64,000 bases of DNA from an uncultured delta proteobacterium (GCA_963796055.1 CAWCKH010000004.1:2656001-2720000), one strand, 5' to 3'; counted from the first letter of the stretch, positions 40,569 to 52,168 are shown. The notes: a model not told the origin generated them from the sequence alone. A program made the numbers and translations.

Positions 40569-41777
40569 CTAGATCTTGAACCCGAAGGTCAGGGCGATGA
40601 CGTGCGCGGTCGCGCTGTAGTCGTAACGGTACTTCGGGTTCGGGTAGGTGCTGGTCTCCCCGAGGAACTTGATGAACTGGTACGCGAGCTCGAACCGGAA
40701 TGCGCCGAACCGGTAGGTGCCGCCGAGCCCGATGTTGATCCGGTCGGTGTCCGGGATGTCCGGCAGCAGGGTCAGGGTCGGGCTCGGCGTCTTGTCGTAG
40801 AGGATGCCGGTCCGGAGCTGGAGGTGCTCGTTGAACGTGTACTCGGCCCCGATGCGGTAGTTCCAGCTGTGGTGCCACTGCTTGGCTTCGTAGGTGTTGA
40901 GCTGGGGATCGTCGAACTTGATCTCGATCGCCTGGAGCTGCTGCCAGGCGAAGTAGTTCAGGTCCACGTCGAGGACCAGCTCGGGGATGGGACGCACCGC
41001 CACCCCGAACCCGAAGGTGTCGGGCAGCTTGAGGCTGGTGTGCGCCGCCTGGTCCTTGAAGGTGCCGGCGTACGACGGGGGCACGTTCTCGAAGTGCGCG
41101 TTGCCGTCGAAGTTGAGGTTTACCGAGCTGCGGTAGGTGGCGCCGAGGGTGAGGACCTTCTCGATGGCCTCGTACTGGATCCCGACGTTCCCCCCCACGC
41201 CCCAGGCGCCGGCCCCGAGGTCGACGCCGACATCGCCTTCGGGGAGGATGACGTCCTTGGTCAGCTCGACGGTGGCGCGGACGATCTGGATGCCGCCGCC
41301 GATCCGGAACGGGCCGTTGCGGTAGGCCACCGTGGGGTTGATGTCGTAGACCTTGAGATCCGCCTTCTTGATGATCTCCCGTGCCTCCCAGTCCGGTTCC
41401 CACTCGACCTTCAGCCCGTAAGGGGTCATCACCCCGAGGCCCACCGTCCACTCGTCGCTGATCCCCCAGGTCGCGTAGAGGTGCGCCGGGGTGATGAGGT
41501 TGGAGACGCCGTTGATCTCCTGCCCGGCCGGATTGTGCACCGTGAAGGCGGGGATGATCGGCGCCACTCCGATCATGACCTCCAGCCCCTGACCCTGGGC
41601 GATGCCCGCGGGGTTGAAGTAGATGCCCGAGGCGTCGTCCACCGCGCCGATCAGCGACCCAGCCATTCCCACCCCGCGCGCCGACTGCAGGTCGACCGCG
41701 ATGCCCGCTGCCCGGGCGGAGCCCCCGGCCACCGCGGCGAGGCCCATCACTGCGAACATGAGCTTCTTCATGTGCAT
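40569..41777 (-). CDS. fadL: FadL/OmpP1 family outer-membrane long-chain fatty acid transporter
   Basis: QSARGVGMAG, DDASGIYFNPAG, PYGLKVEW, INPTVAY, LPD, PDTDR, C-terminal aromatic strand. Confidence 0.88.
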   Translation of the reverse strand: MHMKKLMFAVMGLAAVAGGSARAAGIAVDLQSARGVGMAGSLIGAVDDASGIYFNPAGIAQGQGLEVMIGVAPIIPAFTVHNPAGQEINGVSNLITPAHLYATWGISDEWTVGLGVMTPYGLKVEWEPDWEAREIIKKADLKVYDINPTVAYRNGPFRIGGGIQIVRATVELTKDVILPEGDVGVDLGAGAWGVGGNVGIQYEAIEKVLTLGATYRSSVNLNFDGNAHFENVPPSYAGTFKDQAAHTSLKLPDTFGFGVAVRPIPELVLDVDLNYFAWQQLQAIEIKFDDPQLNTYEAKQWHHSWNYRIGAEYTFNEHLQLRTGILYDKTPSPTLTLLPDIPDTDRINIGLGGTYRFGAFRFELAYQFIKFLGETSTYPNPKYRYDYSATAHVIALTFGFKI

Positions 41778-41802
41778 GTGCCTTTCCTGGTGCACGAGGT
41801 GA

Positions 41803-44800
41803 TCAAGGGAACGGCGGGGCGCCGGCGACGAACCCGGCCATCTGCATCTGAGCGTCGGTGGTCAGCTGCAATCCGTTGGTGAGGTCCGGGGCACCGCCGC
41901 AGGTCGCGCTGGGCGGCCGGAGCAGGAACGGGTGCCGGTTCCCGGGGTGGTTGCTCGGGTCGGAGCACGCTGGCAGGGCGTTGGTGTCGAAGGCGAACGG
42001 GGTGGAGCTGCCATTGAACTGGTAGGACCAGAAGGGGGCATCGTTGGTCACCGCGACCTTGACCCCGTCGGCCGTCGAGTCCCCCAGCGCCGCCTGCACC
42101 AGCTCGACCGTGGTCTGGTTCAGCACCACCTGGTCGCCGACGATCCACTGGACGAACGCGCGGCGCTTCGTCGGGTCGATGTTCGGGGGCAGCGGGGCGG
42201 GAAGGCTAGCCGAGTGGGTCAGGTAGTAGGAGGCGTTCACCGGGTCGGCCGGGTCGATGATCCACTTGGCGATGCCGAGGAACTGATCGTAGGTGGGCGA
42301 GTTCTGGGCGACGCCTTCCGCAGCAAGCCCGGCGACGAAGGCGTTCTTCTGCCCGGCGAAGCTCGGGGAGAAGAGCAGGTTGAAGATGTAGTCGGAGCCG
42401 GCGACGTTCAGTCCCGCGGTGCCAATCTCCGGAGCCACGGCCAGGTACAGCGTCCCGAGGAAGCTGCCCAGGCTCTGGGAAACGTAGCTCATCTTCGTGG
42501 GATCGAGCTTGACCGACGTCCCCGGCGGCGTGCTCAGGGTGAAGCCGGTGGGGCCGGTAGCCTGGATCACCCGCGCCAGCTGGGCGAGGGAGATGGTCTG
42601 CTGCCGCGCGTTGTCACGCGAGGCGAAGAGGTCGACCAGGTTGAGGAAGTTCCAGCCGGAGGTCGGGATGCTCACCCCGGGCCCGAGGGTGATGCTGCTG
42701 GCGAACCCGGCGCCGGTTCCCTCGCATTTGCTGTCCGGGGCGCAGGCGCCCTGACCGAAAGCGAAGCAGCCGAGATCCGCTGTCGCGGTGCCGAAGGCGC
42801 AGGCCGCGGGCCCGGTGCGGTTGGTGAGCTGGCAGCGGCCCACGGCATTGCACGTCTGGGTGGCAGGGTTGGTGCAGATTGCGGCGTCGGTAAAGGTGGT
42901 CTGTCCGGTGGCGAGGTTCAGGAAGTTGCCGAAGCCGGTGCAGCTGTTCCGGTCGCCGTGCCAGGGCAGGTCGATGGCGATCATCGCCCGGCCGGCCGCG
43001 GCGAGGGCGTTGGCGACGGCGTAGCCCGCGGTCTTGTTGCTGGCCAGCCCGTGGCCGAAGATCGTCACCGGCCATCCGTTCGCCGGCGCGGTCCCCGCGG
43101 GGATGGTGAGGATGAACGGGATCGGCCGGCCAGTGGCATCGGCCAGGCCCGGGGTGAAGTGGCCAGTGTTCAGGGCCCAGAGGTCTACGCTCTCTCCGGC
43201 CCAGAACGCGCTGATCGCAGCGTGCGGGACACCCTGGGCGTCGAGCCCCGGAACCACCGCGGCGGTGGCATCGACGATCCACAGCGGGGCGGCAGGCACG
43301 TTGGCCAGGGTCGGCGCTGCGTGGAGCTGCGAGAGCGTGGAGACCGTACTCTGGGTGGTGAAGGCCCAGGCGAGGGCGACCTTCTTTCGCGGCAGCCCGT
43401 TCTGAGCGAAGTTGTTGAACAGCGGCTCGAGCCCGGCCCGCAGCTGCTCGAGCTGCTGCGCCTGGTCATCGGTGAGCAGGCTCACCGTGCTCTTGCCGTT
43501 CGCATAGAGCGGCGCCGAGGAGCGCGCCAGCGCGAAGGCCGGACTGGGGATGACGGTCTTCCCCGAGCTGTCGACGAGATCGGTGGTGATGTAGATCGCG
43601 TACCGGGTGCGCTCGGTGAGCGGGAGCCGCGGGACGATCTCCAGCGTCTCGGGCTTGACGCCGCCGTCGAGCAGCGTCGGGCTGACGGTGCAGTTCACGC
43701 AGCCGAACGCGTTGAGCGGTGCGCCGGTGCCAGCACCCCTGCTGCTCCCGGGGACCGCGAGCATGTTGATGGGACTGCTCGGGCCCAGGGTGTACGGGGT
43801 CCCGGGCAGCGTGCCCTGGATCAGCGCGGCGGTGCTGGTTCCGTTCTCGCTGACGACGGGCGCGCTGTTGGAGAACCCGTCCAGAGTGTTGAGGCCGTCG
43901 ACCAGCGCGTCAGGTAGCCCGACCCCCTTGGGGAACTGCACGCCGCCGTCGCTGCCGAGCAGGATGTCATTGGGGAAGGGAATGATGCTGTGGGCCGGAT
44001 CGAACGTGACCTCGGCCGCGCTGGTGATGGTGAAGGTCCAGGCCAGCGCGATGTCGCTCCTGTCCAGGCCAGGGACGGTGGCCAGCGCGCCGTCGATGAT
44101 CGGCTTGTAGTTCAGCCGGAGCGCCTCGAGCTGCTTGGCCAGCGCGACTTGCTGCTGGTACGCCTTGGCCGGATCCTTCTCGGTGGTGGGGATGGCGCTG
44201 GTCTGGACGACGCAGTTGTTCCCGGTGGCGTCACAGGTCACCAGCGGCGTGGGGCTGATGACCAGCGCCCAGGTGGCCGATCCGGTCACCGTCTGGCCGC
44301 TGCTGGCGCCCTTGATGCCGTTGGCACCGCCGAGGATCATCACCGCGTAGTGGCCGCTGGTCGGACCGCGGCGTTTCCAGTAGCCGCTCTTGGGCAGGAT
44401 GTTGAGGGCCATGCCCCCCTCCGCCGTGGGTGCGGTGGTGATGTTCACGTCGGTGACCGGGAGCGGGTTGGCGGTGCTGATGTCGAACACCGCCAGGTTG
44501 CCCCCGGCGGTCGGGGTGAAGAGCTGGATCGAGGTCGGGTCGATGGGCTTGTCGAACAGCGCCGTGGCCGTCGACTCCATCGGGAACCCGTCGAGCAGGT
44601 TCAGGTAGTCCCGGTTGAACTCGTTCTGGGCTTCGGTCCCGCCGGTCTCGGGCGCATGGAGGAAGACGTCCGGCTGCCCGTTGGCGTCGAGGAAGACCAG
44701 GTCGTTGGGGAGCGGGATGACGCTGTGGGCCGGATCGAACTCCGCCTCCACGTACTTGGTGGAGTTGTTCGGCCCGATCGGAATGTCAGGGCTGCACGCG

Positions 44801-44841
44801 GCGAACGCCACCGCGAGCGCGAGAAGCAGCAACCTCTTCAT
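41803..44841 (-). CDS. Large surface lipoprotein lipase (VolA/Pla-1/Cef-like, duplicated N-terminal domain)
   Basis: Lipobox FAAC, two FDPAHS-IP-PND..LDGF repeats, GWPVTIFGHGL, AIDLPWHG, RDNARQ, SQSLG elbow, DPADPVN, GDQVV, terminal HPFLL. Confidence 0.8.
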   Translation of the reverse strand: MKRLLLLALAVAFAACSPDIPIGPNNSTKYVEAEFDPAHSVIPLPNDLVFLDANGQPDVFLHAPETGGTEAQNEFNRDYLNLLDGFPMESTATALFDKPIDPTSIQLFTPTAGGNLAVFDISTANPLPVTDVNITTAPTAEGGMALNILPKSGYWKRRGPTSGHYAVMILGGANGIKGASSGQTVTGSATWALVISPTPLVTCDATGNNCVVQTSAIPTTEKDPAKAYQQQVALAKQLEALRLNYKPIIDGALATVPGLDRSDIALAWTFTITSAAEVTFDPAHSIIPFPNDILLGSDGGVQFPKGVGLPDALVDGLNTLDGFSNSAPVVSENGTSTAALIQGTLPGTPYTLGPSSPINMLAVPGSSRGAGTGAPLNAFGCVNCTVSPTLLDGGVKPETLEIVPRLPLTERTRYAIYITTDLVDSSGKTVIPSPAFALARSSAPLYANGKSTVSLLTDDQAQQLEQLRAGLEPLFNNFAQNGLPRKKVALAWAFTTQSTVSTLSQLHAAPTLANVPAAPLWIVDATAAVVPGLDAQGVPHAAISAFWAGESVDLWALNTGHFTPGLADATGRPIPFILTIPAGTAPANGWPVTIFGHGLASNKTAGYAVANALAAAGRAMIAIDLPWHGDRNSCTGFGNFLNLATGQTTFTDAAICTNPATQTCNAVGRCQLTNRTGPAACAFGTATADLGCFAFGQGACAPDSKCEGTGAGFASSITLGPGVSIPTSGWNFLNLVDLFASRDNARQQTISLAQLARVIQATGPTGFTLSTPPGTSVKLDPTKMSYVSQSLGSFLGTLYLAVAPEIGTAGLNVAGSDYIFNLLFSPSFAGQKNAFVAGLAAEGVAQNSPTYDQFLGIAKWIIDPADPVNASYYLTHSASLPAPLPPNIDPTKRRAFVQWIVGDQVVLNQTTVELVQAALGDSTADGVKVAVTNDAPFWSYQFNGSSTPFAFDTNALPACSDPSNHPGNRHPFLLRPPSATCGGAPDLTNGLQLTTDAQMQMAGFVAGAPPFP

Positions 44842-44880
44842 CTGGAAACCCCCTCCGCAAGGGCCGTCCGAGCCGCGGCC

Positions 44881-44896
44881 ACTGACTCGGAAATCA
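44881..44896. promoter_or_regulatory. Putative operator upstream of the lipase-fadL operon
   Basis: ACTGACTCGGAAATCA, 14/16 identical to the motif before the fad operon. Confidence 0.55.
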
Positions 44897-45039
44897 GGGC
44901 CGTTTGTAGATGGTTTCCACCCATGCGCCAAGCGAATTGGGCCGATTCGAGACTCTTACGCAGTGAGTCAAATCGGCCTCTGCGTCGGGCCGTCGGCCGC
45001 TCGCTGCAAGCCCGTGTCGCATGGGTTAGCTCTCGGTCC

Positions 45040-45435
45040 ATGACCATTGCCCGCACCATCACCGCCCAGAACTTCCGGGAGACCGTCGAGGCTGGAGGCA
45101 TCGTCATCCTCGACTTCTGGGCCCCCTGGTGTGGCCCCTGCCGTGGGTTCGCGCCGACCTTCGAGAAGGCCGCGGGCGACAACCCCGACGTGGTCTTCGG
45201 GAAGATCAACACCGACGAGGAGCAGCAGCTCGCCGCCGCCTTCGAGATCCAGAGCATCCCCACCCTGATGATCTTCCGGGACAAGGTCCTGCTCTTCCGC
45301 CAGGCGGGCGCGCTTCCTCCCGCGGCGCTGGCCGACGTGGTGGCCCAGGCCAAGGCGCTGGACATGGAAAAGGTGCGGGCGGAGATTGCTGCCCATGAGG
45401 CCGCGGAGAAGGCGGCGAAGATGCCTTCCGCCTAG
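45040..45435 (+). CDS. trxA: Thioredoxin
   Basis: DFWAPWCGPC, KINTD, IQSIPT. Confidence 0.92.
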   Translation: MTIARTITAQNFRETVEAGGIVILDFWAPWCGPCRGFAPTFEKAAGDNPDVVFGKINTDEEQQLAAAFEIQSIPTLMIFRDKVLLFRQAGALPPAALADVVAQAKALDMEKVRAEIAAHEAAEKAAKMPSA

Positions 45436-45652
45436 CGGGAGGGCTCCGGGGCGGGGGGAGCGGCCGATGGCGGAGCTTCCCCTGCGTCGGGGAGATCACG
45501 ACTCGCCGATGACGAACGAGTTGCCGTCCGGCGGTCCAGCGGGCCGTGGCACATCTGCAGCGTCGCCAGCTGCTCCGCGCATCGCGGAGATCCGCGACCG
45601 CGGTCCCCAAGTACACCGTGCTGACTCCTGGGCGCGCGGGTGATGGCCTCGA

Positions 45653-46132
45653 TCAGGCGATGGTCCCGCGTGCCAGCGGGGCGATGGAGGCCCCGGTGAC
45701 CCGCTGGTAATCCGCCGGTGCGAGCAGCAGCTGTGCACCCCGGATGCCCGCCGACACCGAGATGACGGGCCACCGGAGCGCCGAGGCATCGAGCACCACC
45801 GGGTAGCTCCGTTTGCCGCCGAGCGCGGTCACCCCACCGCGGACGTACCCGGTGAGCGGCTGGACCTCCTTCAACGCCACCGTCTCGCAGCGCCGGTCCC
45901 CCCGGGCGCGCGCCAGTGCCTTGAGATCGAGCTCCTGGTCCCCGGGGACCACCGCCAGGCACACGCCGGTCCGCTCCCCGCGGCAGACCAGGGTCTTGAA
46001 CAGCTGCCCGGCCGGGAGCCCGAGCTTCTCCGCCACCCGGGCGGCCGAAAGATCGTCCGGATCCACCGCGTACGCCCGCAACTCGTAGCGGATGTTCAGT
46101 GTGTCCAGGAGCCTGGCGGCATTGGTCTTCAT
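45653..46132 (-). CDS. ybaK: Cys-tRNA(Pro) deacylase
   Basis: MKTNAARLLD, FKTLV, TGYVRGG, SAGIRG. Confidence 0.92.
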   Translation of the reverse strand: MKTNAARLLDTLNIRYELRAYAVDPDDLSAARVAEKLGLPAGQLFKTLVCRGERTGVCLAVVPGDQELDLKALARARGDRRCETVALKEVQPLTGYVRGGVTALGGKRSYPVVLDASALRWPVISVSAGIRGAQLLLAPADYQRVTGASIAPLARGTIA

Positions 46133-46175
46133 CGGGGCTACGTCCCCACCGGACGCTGCTAGGGTCCTCCGGCCC

Positions 46176-48065
46176 ATGTCCAGTCCTGGTGAACCCGTGC
46201 CCAGGCGGTGGCCCGGCGCGCAGCTCGCCATCGCCGCGCTGGGCGTGGTGTTCGGAGACATCGGGACCAGCCCGCTCTACGCGATGCGGGAGTGTTTCGC
46301 GGAGCACGGAGTCGTCCCCACCGCCGAGAACGTGCTCGGGGTGCTGTCCCTGATGCTCTGGTCGCTCACCCTGGTCGTGGCGGTGAAGTACCTTGGCTTC
46401 ATCATGCGGGCCGACAACCAGGGCGAGGGCGGGATCTTCGCCCTGCTGGCGCTCATCCCCCGCGCCGAGGACCGCTGGGAGATGCGGCAGCGCACCGTGG
46501 TGGTCCTGCTGGCGCTGTTCGGGGCCGCGCTCCTCTATGGCGACGGGGTCATCACCCCGGCAATCTCGGTGCTCTCGGCGGTGGAGGGTCTGAGCGTGGC
46601 CACCCGCGCTGCCGAGCCGCTGGTGGTCCCCGTCACCTGCGTCATCCTCTTCCTGCTCTTCGTCGTGCAGCGCCGTGGCACCGCCCGAATCGGCGGCATC
46701 TTCGGTCCGGTGATGCTGGTGTGGTTCCTCTTCATCGCGGTGGTCGGCCTGGTGGAGATCGTGAAGGTCCCCGGCGTGCTGGCTGCGGTCAACCCCTGGC
46801 ACGCGGTGCGCTTCTTCCGGGCCAACGGGTTTCGCGGCTTCGAGGTGCTCGGGTCGGCGGTGCTGGCCATCACCGGCGCCGAGGCGCTCTACGCCGACAT
46901 GGGCCACTTCGGCCGCCACCCCATCCGGGTGAGCTGGTTCAGCGTGGTGTTTCCCGCGCTCCTCCTCAACTACTGCGGGCAGGGGGCGCTGCTCCTCACC
47001 GACACCGCCGCGCGGGCCAACCCCTTCTACGCGCTGGTCCCCCGACCGCTGGTGGTTCCTTCGGTGGTCCTGGCGACGGCGGCCACCATCATTGCCAGCC
47101 AGGCGCTCATCTCCGGGGCGTTCTCGCTCACTCGGCAGGCGGTGCAGCTGGGCTACGTCCCACGGCTGAACATCGTCCACACCAGCCGGGAGAACGAGGG
47201 GCAGATCTACCTGCCGGCGGTGAACCAGTTCCTGATGGTGTCCTGCATCGGGCTGGTGCTCGCGTTCCAGCACTCCAGCCGGCTGGCCTCGGCGTACGGC
47301 ATCGCGGTCACCGGGACGATGCTCATCACCACCCTGGTCTTCTATTTCATCACCGTGCACGCCTGGCGGTGGCCGCTGTGGAAGGCGCTGTCGGTGACCC
47401 TGTTCTTCCTGGCCATCGACATCCCCTACTTCGCCGCCAACGTGATCAAGTTCGTGCAGGGCGGGTGGGTCCCGGTGGTCATCGCCATCGCCATCTTCGC
47501 CGCCTTCACCACCTGGAAGCGCGGCCGGGCCGAGCTGGCCGAGCGCTTCGCCTCGAGCGCCCTCACCGTGGATGATCTGCTCCAGGACCTGGCCAGGAGC
47601 CCGGTCACCCGGGTCCGCGGGACGGCGGTGTTCCTCAGCTCCTCCACCAACCTGGTGTCCCCGGTGCTGCTCCACCACCTGAAGCACAACCAGGTACTGC
47701 ACGAGCAGGTCCTTCTTCTCTCGGTCCTACCCCTGAACGTGCCCGAGGTTCCCCCGGAAGAGCGGGTCTCGGTGGAGCCCCTGAGCCTCGGCTTCTACCG
47801 GGTGGCGGCCAAGTACGGGTACCGCCAGAGCCCACGGGTGCCGGAGATCCTTCGCCGGGCGCGCTCGCTGGGGCTTCTGACCAAGCCGGAAACCACCAGC
47901 TTCTACGTGGGGCGGGAGACCGTCCTGCCCCGGGGACGGAGCGAGATGGCCTACTGGCGCAAGGTGCTGTTTCGGTTCATTTCCCGGAATGCCCGGGCCA
48001 CCACGGACTTCTTCTCCATCCCCCCGGGGCGGGTGGTGGAGCTGGGGATGCAGATCGACCTCTAG
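46176..48065 (+). CDS. kup: KUP/HAK/KT potassium transporter
   Basis: GVVFGDIGTSPLYA, ADNQGEGG, GDGVITPAISVLSAVEG, GAEALYADMGHFG, GQIY, VELG. Confidence 0.95.
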   Translation: MSSPGEPVPRRWPGAQLAIAALGVVFGDIGTSPLYAMRECFAEHGVVPTAENVLGVLSLMLWSLTLVVAVKYLGFIMRADNQGEGGIFALLALIPRAEDRWEMRQRTVVVLLALFGAALLYGDGVITPAISVLSAVEGLSVATRAAEPLVVPVTCVILFLLFVVQRRGTARIGGIFGPVMLVWFLFIAVVGLVEIVKVPGVLAAVNPWHAVRFFRANGFRGFEVLGSAVLAITGAEALYADMGHFGRHPIRVSWFSVVFPALLLNYCGQGALLLTDTAARANPFYALVPRPLVVPSVVLATAATIIASQALISGAFSLTRQAVQLGYVPRLNIVHTSRENEGQIYLPAVNQFLMVSCIGLVLAFQHSSRLASAYGIAVTGTMLITTLVFYFITVHAWRWPLWKALSVTLFFLAIDIPYFAANVIKFVQGGWVPVVIAIAIFAAFTTWKRGRAELAERFASSALTVDDLLQDLARSPVTRVRGTAVFLSSSTNLVSPVLLHHLKHNQVLHEQVLLLSVLPLNVPEVPPEERVSVEPLSLGFYRVAAKYGYRQSPRVPEILRRARSLGLLTKPETTSFYVGRETVLPRGRSEMAYWRKVLFRFISRNARATTDFFSIPPGRVVELGMQIDL

Positions 48066-48083
48066 AGTGGCATCCTCGGCCGG

Positions 48084-48884
48084 GTGAAGCGAGCCTTCGT
48101 TCCCCTGGCCTGCTGGATGCTGCCGGCGCTGGCGTTGGCGGCCAGCACGCCCTCGCGCTCTCCGGCCGAGGAGCTCGAGGCGGAGCTCGCAAAACAAGTC
48201 TCGATTCCGGAGCCCGAGCTGGTGGTGGTGACCGATGGTCCCGACCCGGTCCGGTTCCAGCTGCTCGAGGCCAAGGTTGAGCTCGACGGCCGTCCGCTCC
48301 CCGGGCCCGTCGAGCCGGGGTGGGGAAGGGAATTCTTCCGGGGCCCGGTGGTCCCGGGGAACCACGTCCTCGCCGCGCAGTTCGCCTACCGGGGCTCGAA
48401 GACCGGCGCCTACCCCTGGGATGGGTCGTTCAGCTACCGGGTCCCCGGCAAGGTCGAGTTCCAGGCCCAGCGGGGCCTCCGGCTGGTGGTCCACCTCCGC
48501 GTCGAGGTACGCGAGGAGCAGGACGACCCGCGCAACCGGCTGGCGTTCCGGGCCGCGCTGGAGCCGGAGATGACCGCCAAGGTGGACGATTCGCCGATGC
48601 CACCCCCACCGCCGCGCAAGGTGACCCCCGAGGATCTCTTCAAGCCCGAGCTCACCCCGCCGCTGGCCTCGGTGCCCCAGACTCCGCCGCCCGCGCCCGC
48701 CAAGACCAAGAAGAAGCCCAAGAAGAAGAAGACCAGCGTGGCCGGCAGCGGCGCCTCGCTCGACGTGGCCACCGCGCGGTTGCAGAAGGAGATCGCCACC
48801 CCCGCGGCGCCACCCCCCGCCAAGGGGAGCAGCAAGAGCTCCAAGTCGAAGGGGCCGCCCGACGCCGGCCCGCTGCAGAAGTGA
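48084..48884 (+). CDS. Hypothetical secreted protein with Pro/Lys-rich tail
   Basis: Signal peptide, beta-rich domain (ELDG..PGNHVL..YRG), low-complexity C-terminus. Confidence 0.7.
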   Translation: MKRAFVPLACWMLPALALAASTPSRSPAEELEAELAKQVSIPEPELVVVTDGPDPVRFQLLEAKVELDGRPLPGPVEPGWGREFFRGPVVPGNHVLAAQFAYRGSKTGAYPWDGSFSYRVPGKVEFQAQRGLRLVVHLRVEVREEQDDPRNRLAFRAALEPEMTAKVDDSPMPPPPPRKVTPEDLFKPELTPPLASVPQTPPPAPAKTKKKPKKKKTSVAGSGASLDVATARLQKEIATPAAPPPAKGSSKSSKSKGPPDAGPLQK

Positions 48885-48908
48885 GGGGGGCGAGCCCTGG
48901 GGAAGCGA

Positions 48909-51014
<2,106 letters not shown>

Positions 51015-51173
51015 GATGTGTGTCTGCTTCCTCTGGACTGCTGGAGGGGGTGCCCGCTCCCTGCTGAAACGGGCGGCGGCCCTGTACTGCCGAACGGGCC
51101 GGATTTCCAGTGGCTGAACAACCTAACGCGGCCAACGCATCACGCAAACTGATGCCACTGCCGTGTCAGTGAC

Positions 51174-51209
51174 AAAAGGATTCACGACGCGGCCGGTCGG
51201 CAGGAATCC
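51174..51209 (-). terminator. Probable intrinsic terminator after phhA
   Basis: Minus strand reads GGATTC...CGAC-loop-GTCG..GAATCC-TTTT. Confidence 0.45.
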
Positions 51210-51230
51210 CCTGCGATTTCAGGCATGTCC

Positions 51231-52094
51231 TCACTTCGCCACACTGTCCAGCCAGCCGGTGACCGTATGGACGGCGTCCTGGAAGGAGGGGGCCACGAAG
51301 AGGACCTCCTGGTAGACGGTCGGGTCGTACGGACGGGCGGTCATCGCCTCGATGTTGAGGGGGACGAGCCTGGCGTGCGTCTGGAACCGCTCCAGCTCCC
51401 CGAAGGAGGAGAGGAGCCCGGCACCGTAGGCCTTGAGCCGGTCCCCTTCCTTCGCCACCCCGAACTCGAGCGTGTACCAGTAGACCCGCTCGATCTGCTT
51501 CAGCACGTCGTCGCTCACCCGCTCCGCGGCGCGACCGAAGGCGCGATTGAGCTCGGCGAACCCCGGATCGGCGAGGGTGGCGGCGTGGCCCACCAGCTCG
51601 TGCACGATGTCCGGCTCCGGCGTGTACAGCGGCACCGTGTGGTGGCGGATGTACTGGGTGGAGAGGAACTGGTCGAAGCGCAGGTTGCCCAGGAAGGTGC
51701 GCGAGGTGACCAGGCCCGCGACGGGGACCATCTGGAAGCCGGTCGGACTGGAGGCCAGCCTCTGGTTCACCTCGCGGAGCTGCGGGATGCGCTGACGGGA
51801 GAAGGAGACCTGTGCCGAGCAGACCTTGTACTCGGCGGAGGCGTGCTTGCTGTGCAGCGGCGCGAGGTGCTCCCAGACGGTGCGCCACACCCCCTGCTCG
51901 GTGTCGGTGTACTGGACCTCGGGCACCGGGTCGCCCTGGCGCCAGCGGAGCGCCTGCTGCGCGATGTGGTTCCGCCGCGAGCGGTACTCCGGATCGCGAA
52001 AGCCGGGGTGGTTCTGGTCGAGCTGGACGATGTCCTCCGCGCCCGCCTTGGGAGCGGACTCGGCGACGCCAGCGAAAGGGAGTCCCGGATTCAT
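51231..52094 (-). CDS. phhA: Phenylalanine 4-monooxygenase (biopterin-dependent aromatic amino acid hydroxylase)
   Basis: IPQL, TQYIRH, YTPEPDIVHELVGH (Fe ligands), YWYTLEFG, AYGAGLLSSFGEL. Confidence 0.93.
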   Translation of the reverse strand: MNPGLPFAGVAESAPKAGAEDIVQLDQNHPGFRDPEYRSRRNHIAQQALRWRQGDPVPEVQYTDTEQGVWRTVWEHLAPLHSKHASAEYKVCSAQVSFSRQRIPQLREVNQRLASSPTGFQMVPVAGLVTSRTFLGNLRFDQFLSTQYIRHHTVPLYTPEPDIVHELVGHAATLADPGFAELNRAFGRAAERVSDDVLKQIERVYWYTLEFGVAKEGDRLKAYGAGLLSSFGELERFQTHARLVPLNIEAMTARPYDPTVYQEVLFVAPSFQDAVHTVTGWLDSVAK

Positions 52095-52168
52095 CGTCCG
52101 GCCAATCTATCCCCTCTGACTGCCAGATGCTCCGGTGCCGCCGTGCGTCGCGCGCTCCGGGTGGAGCA

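Noticed and set aside
45440..45650. Possible small ORF or RNA between trxA and ybaK
   Set aside because: No recognisable motif, convincing RBS or structure.
51144..51157. TGGCATCAGTTTGC on the minus strand upstream of fusA as a sigma54 promoter
   Set aside because: Spacing is 9 nt; a sigma70-like TTGCGT-N16-TAGGTT overlapping it is at least as plausible.
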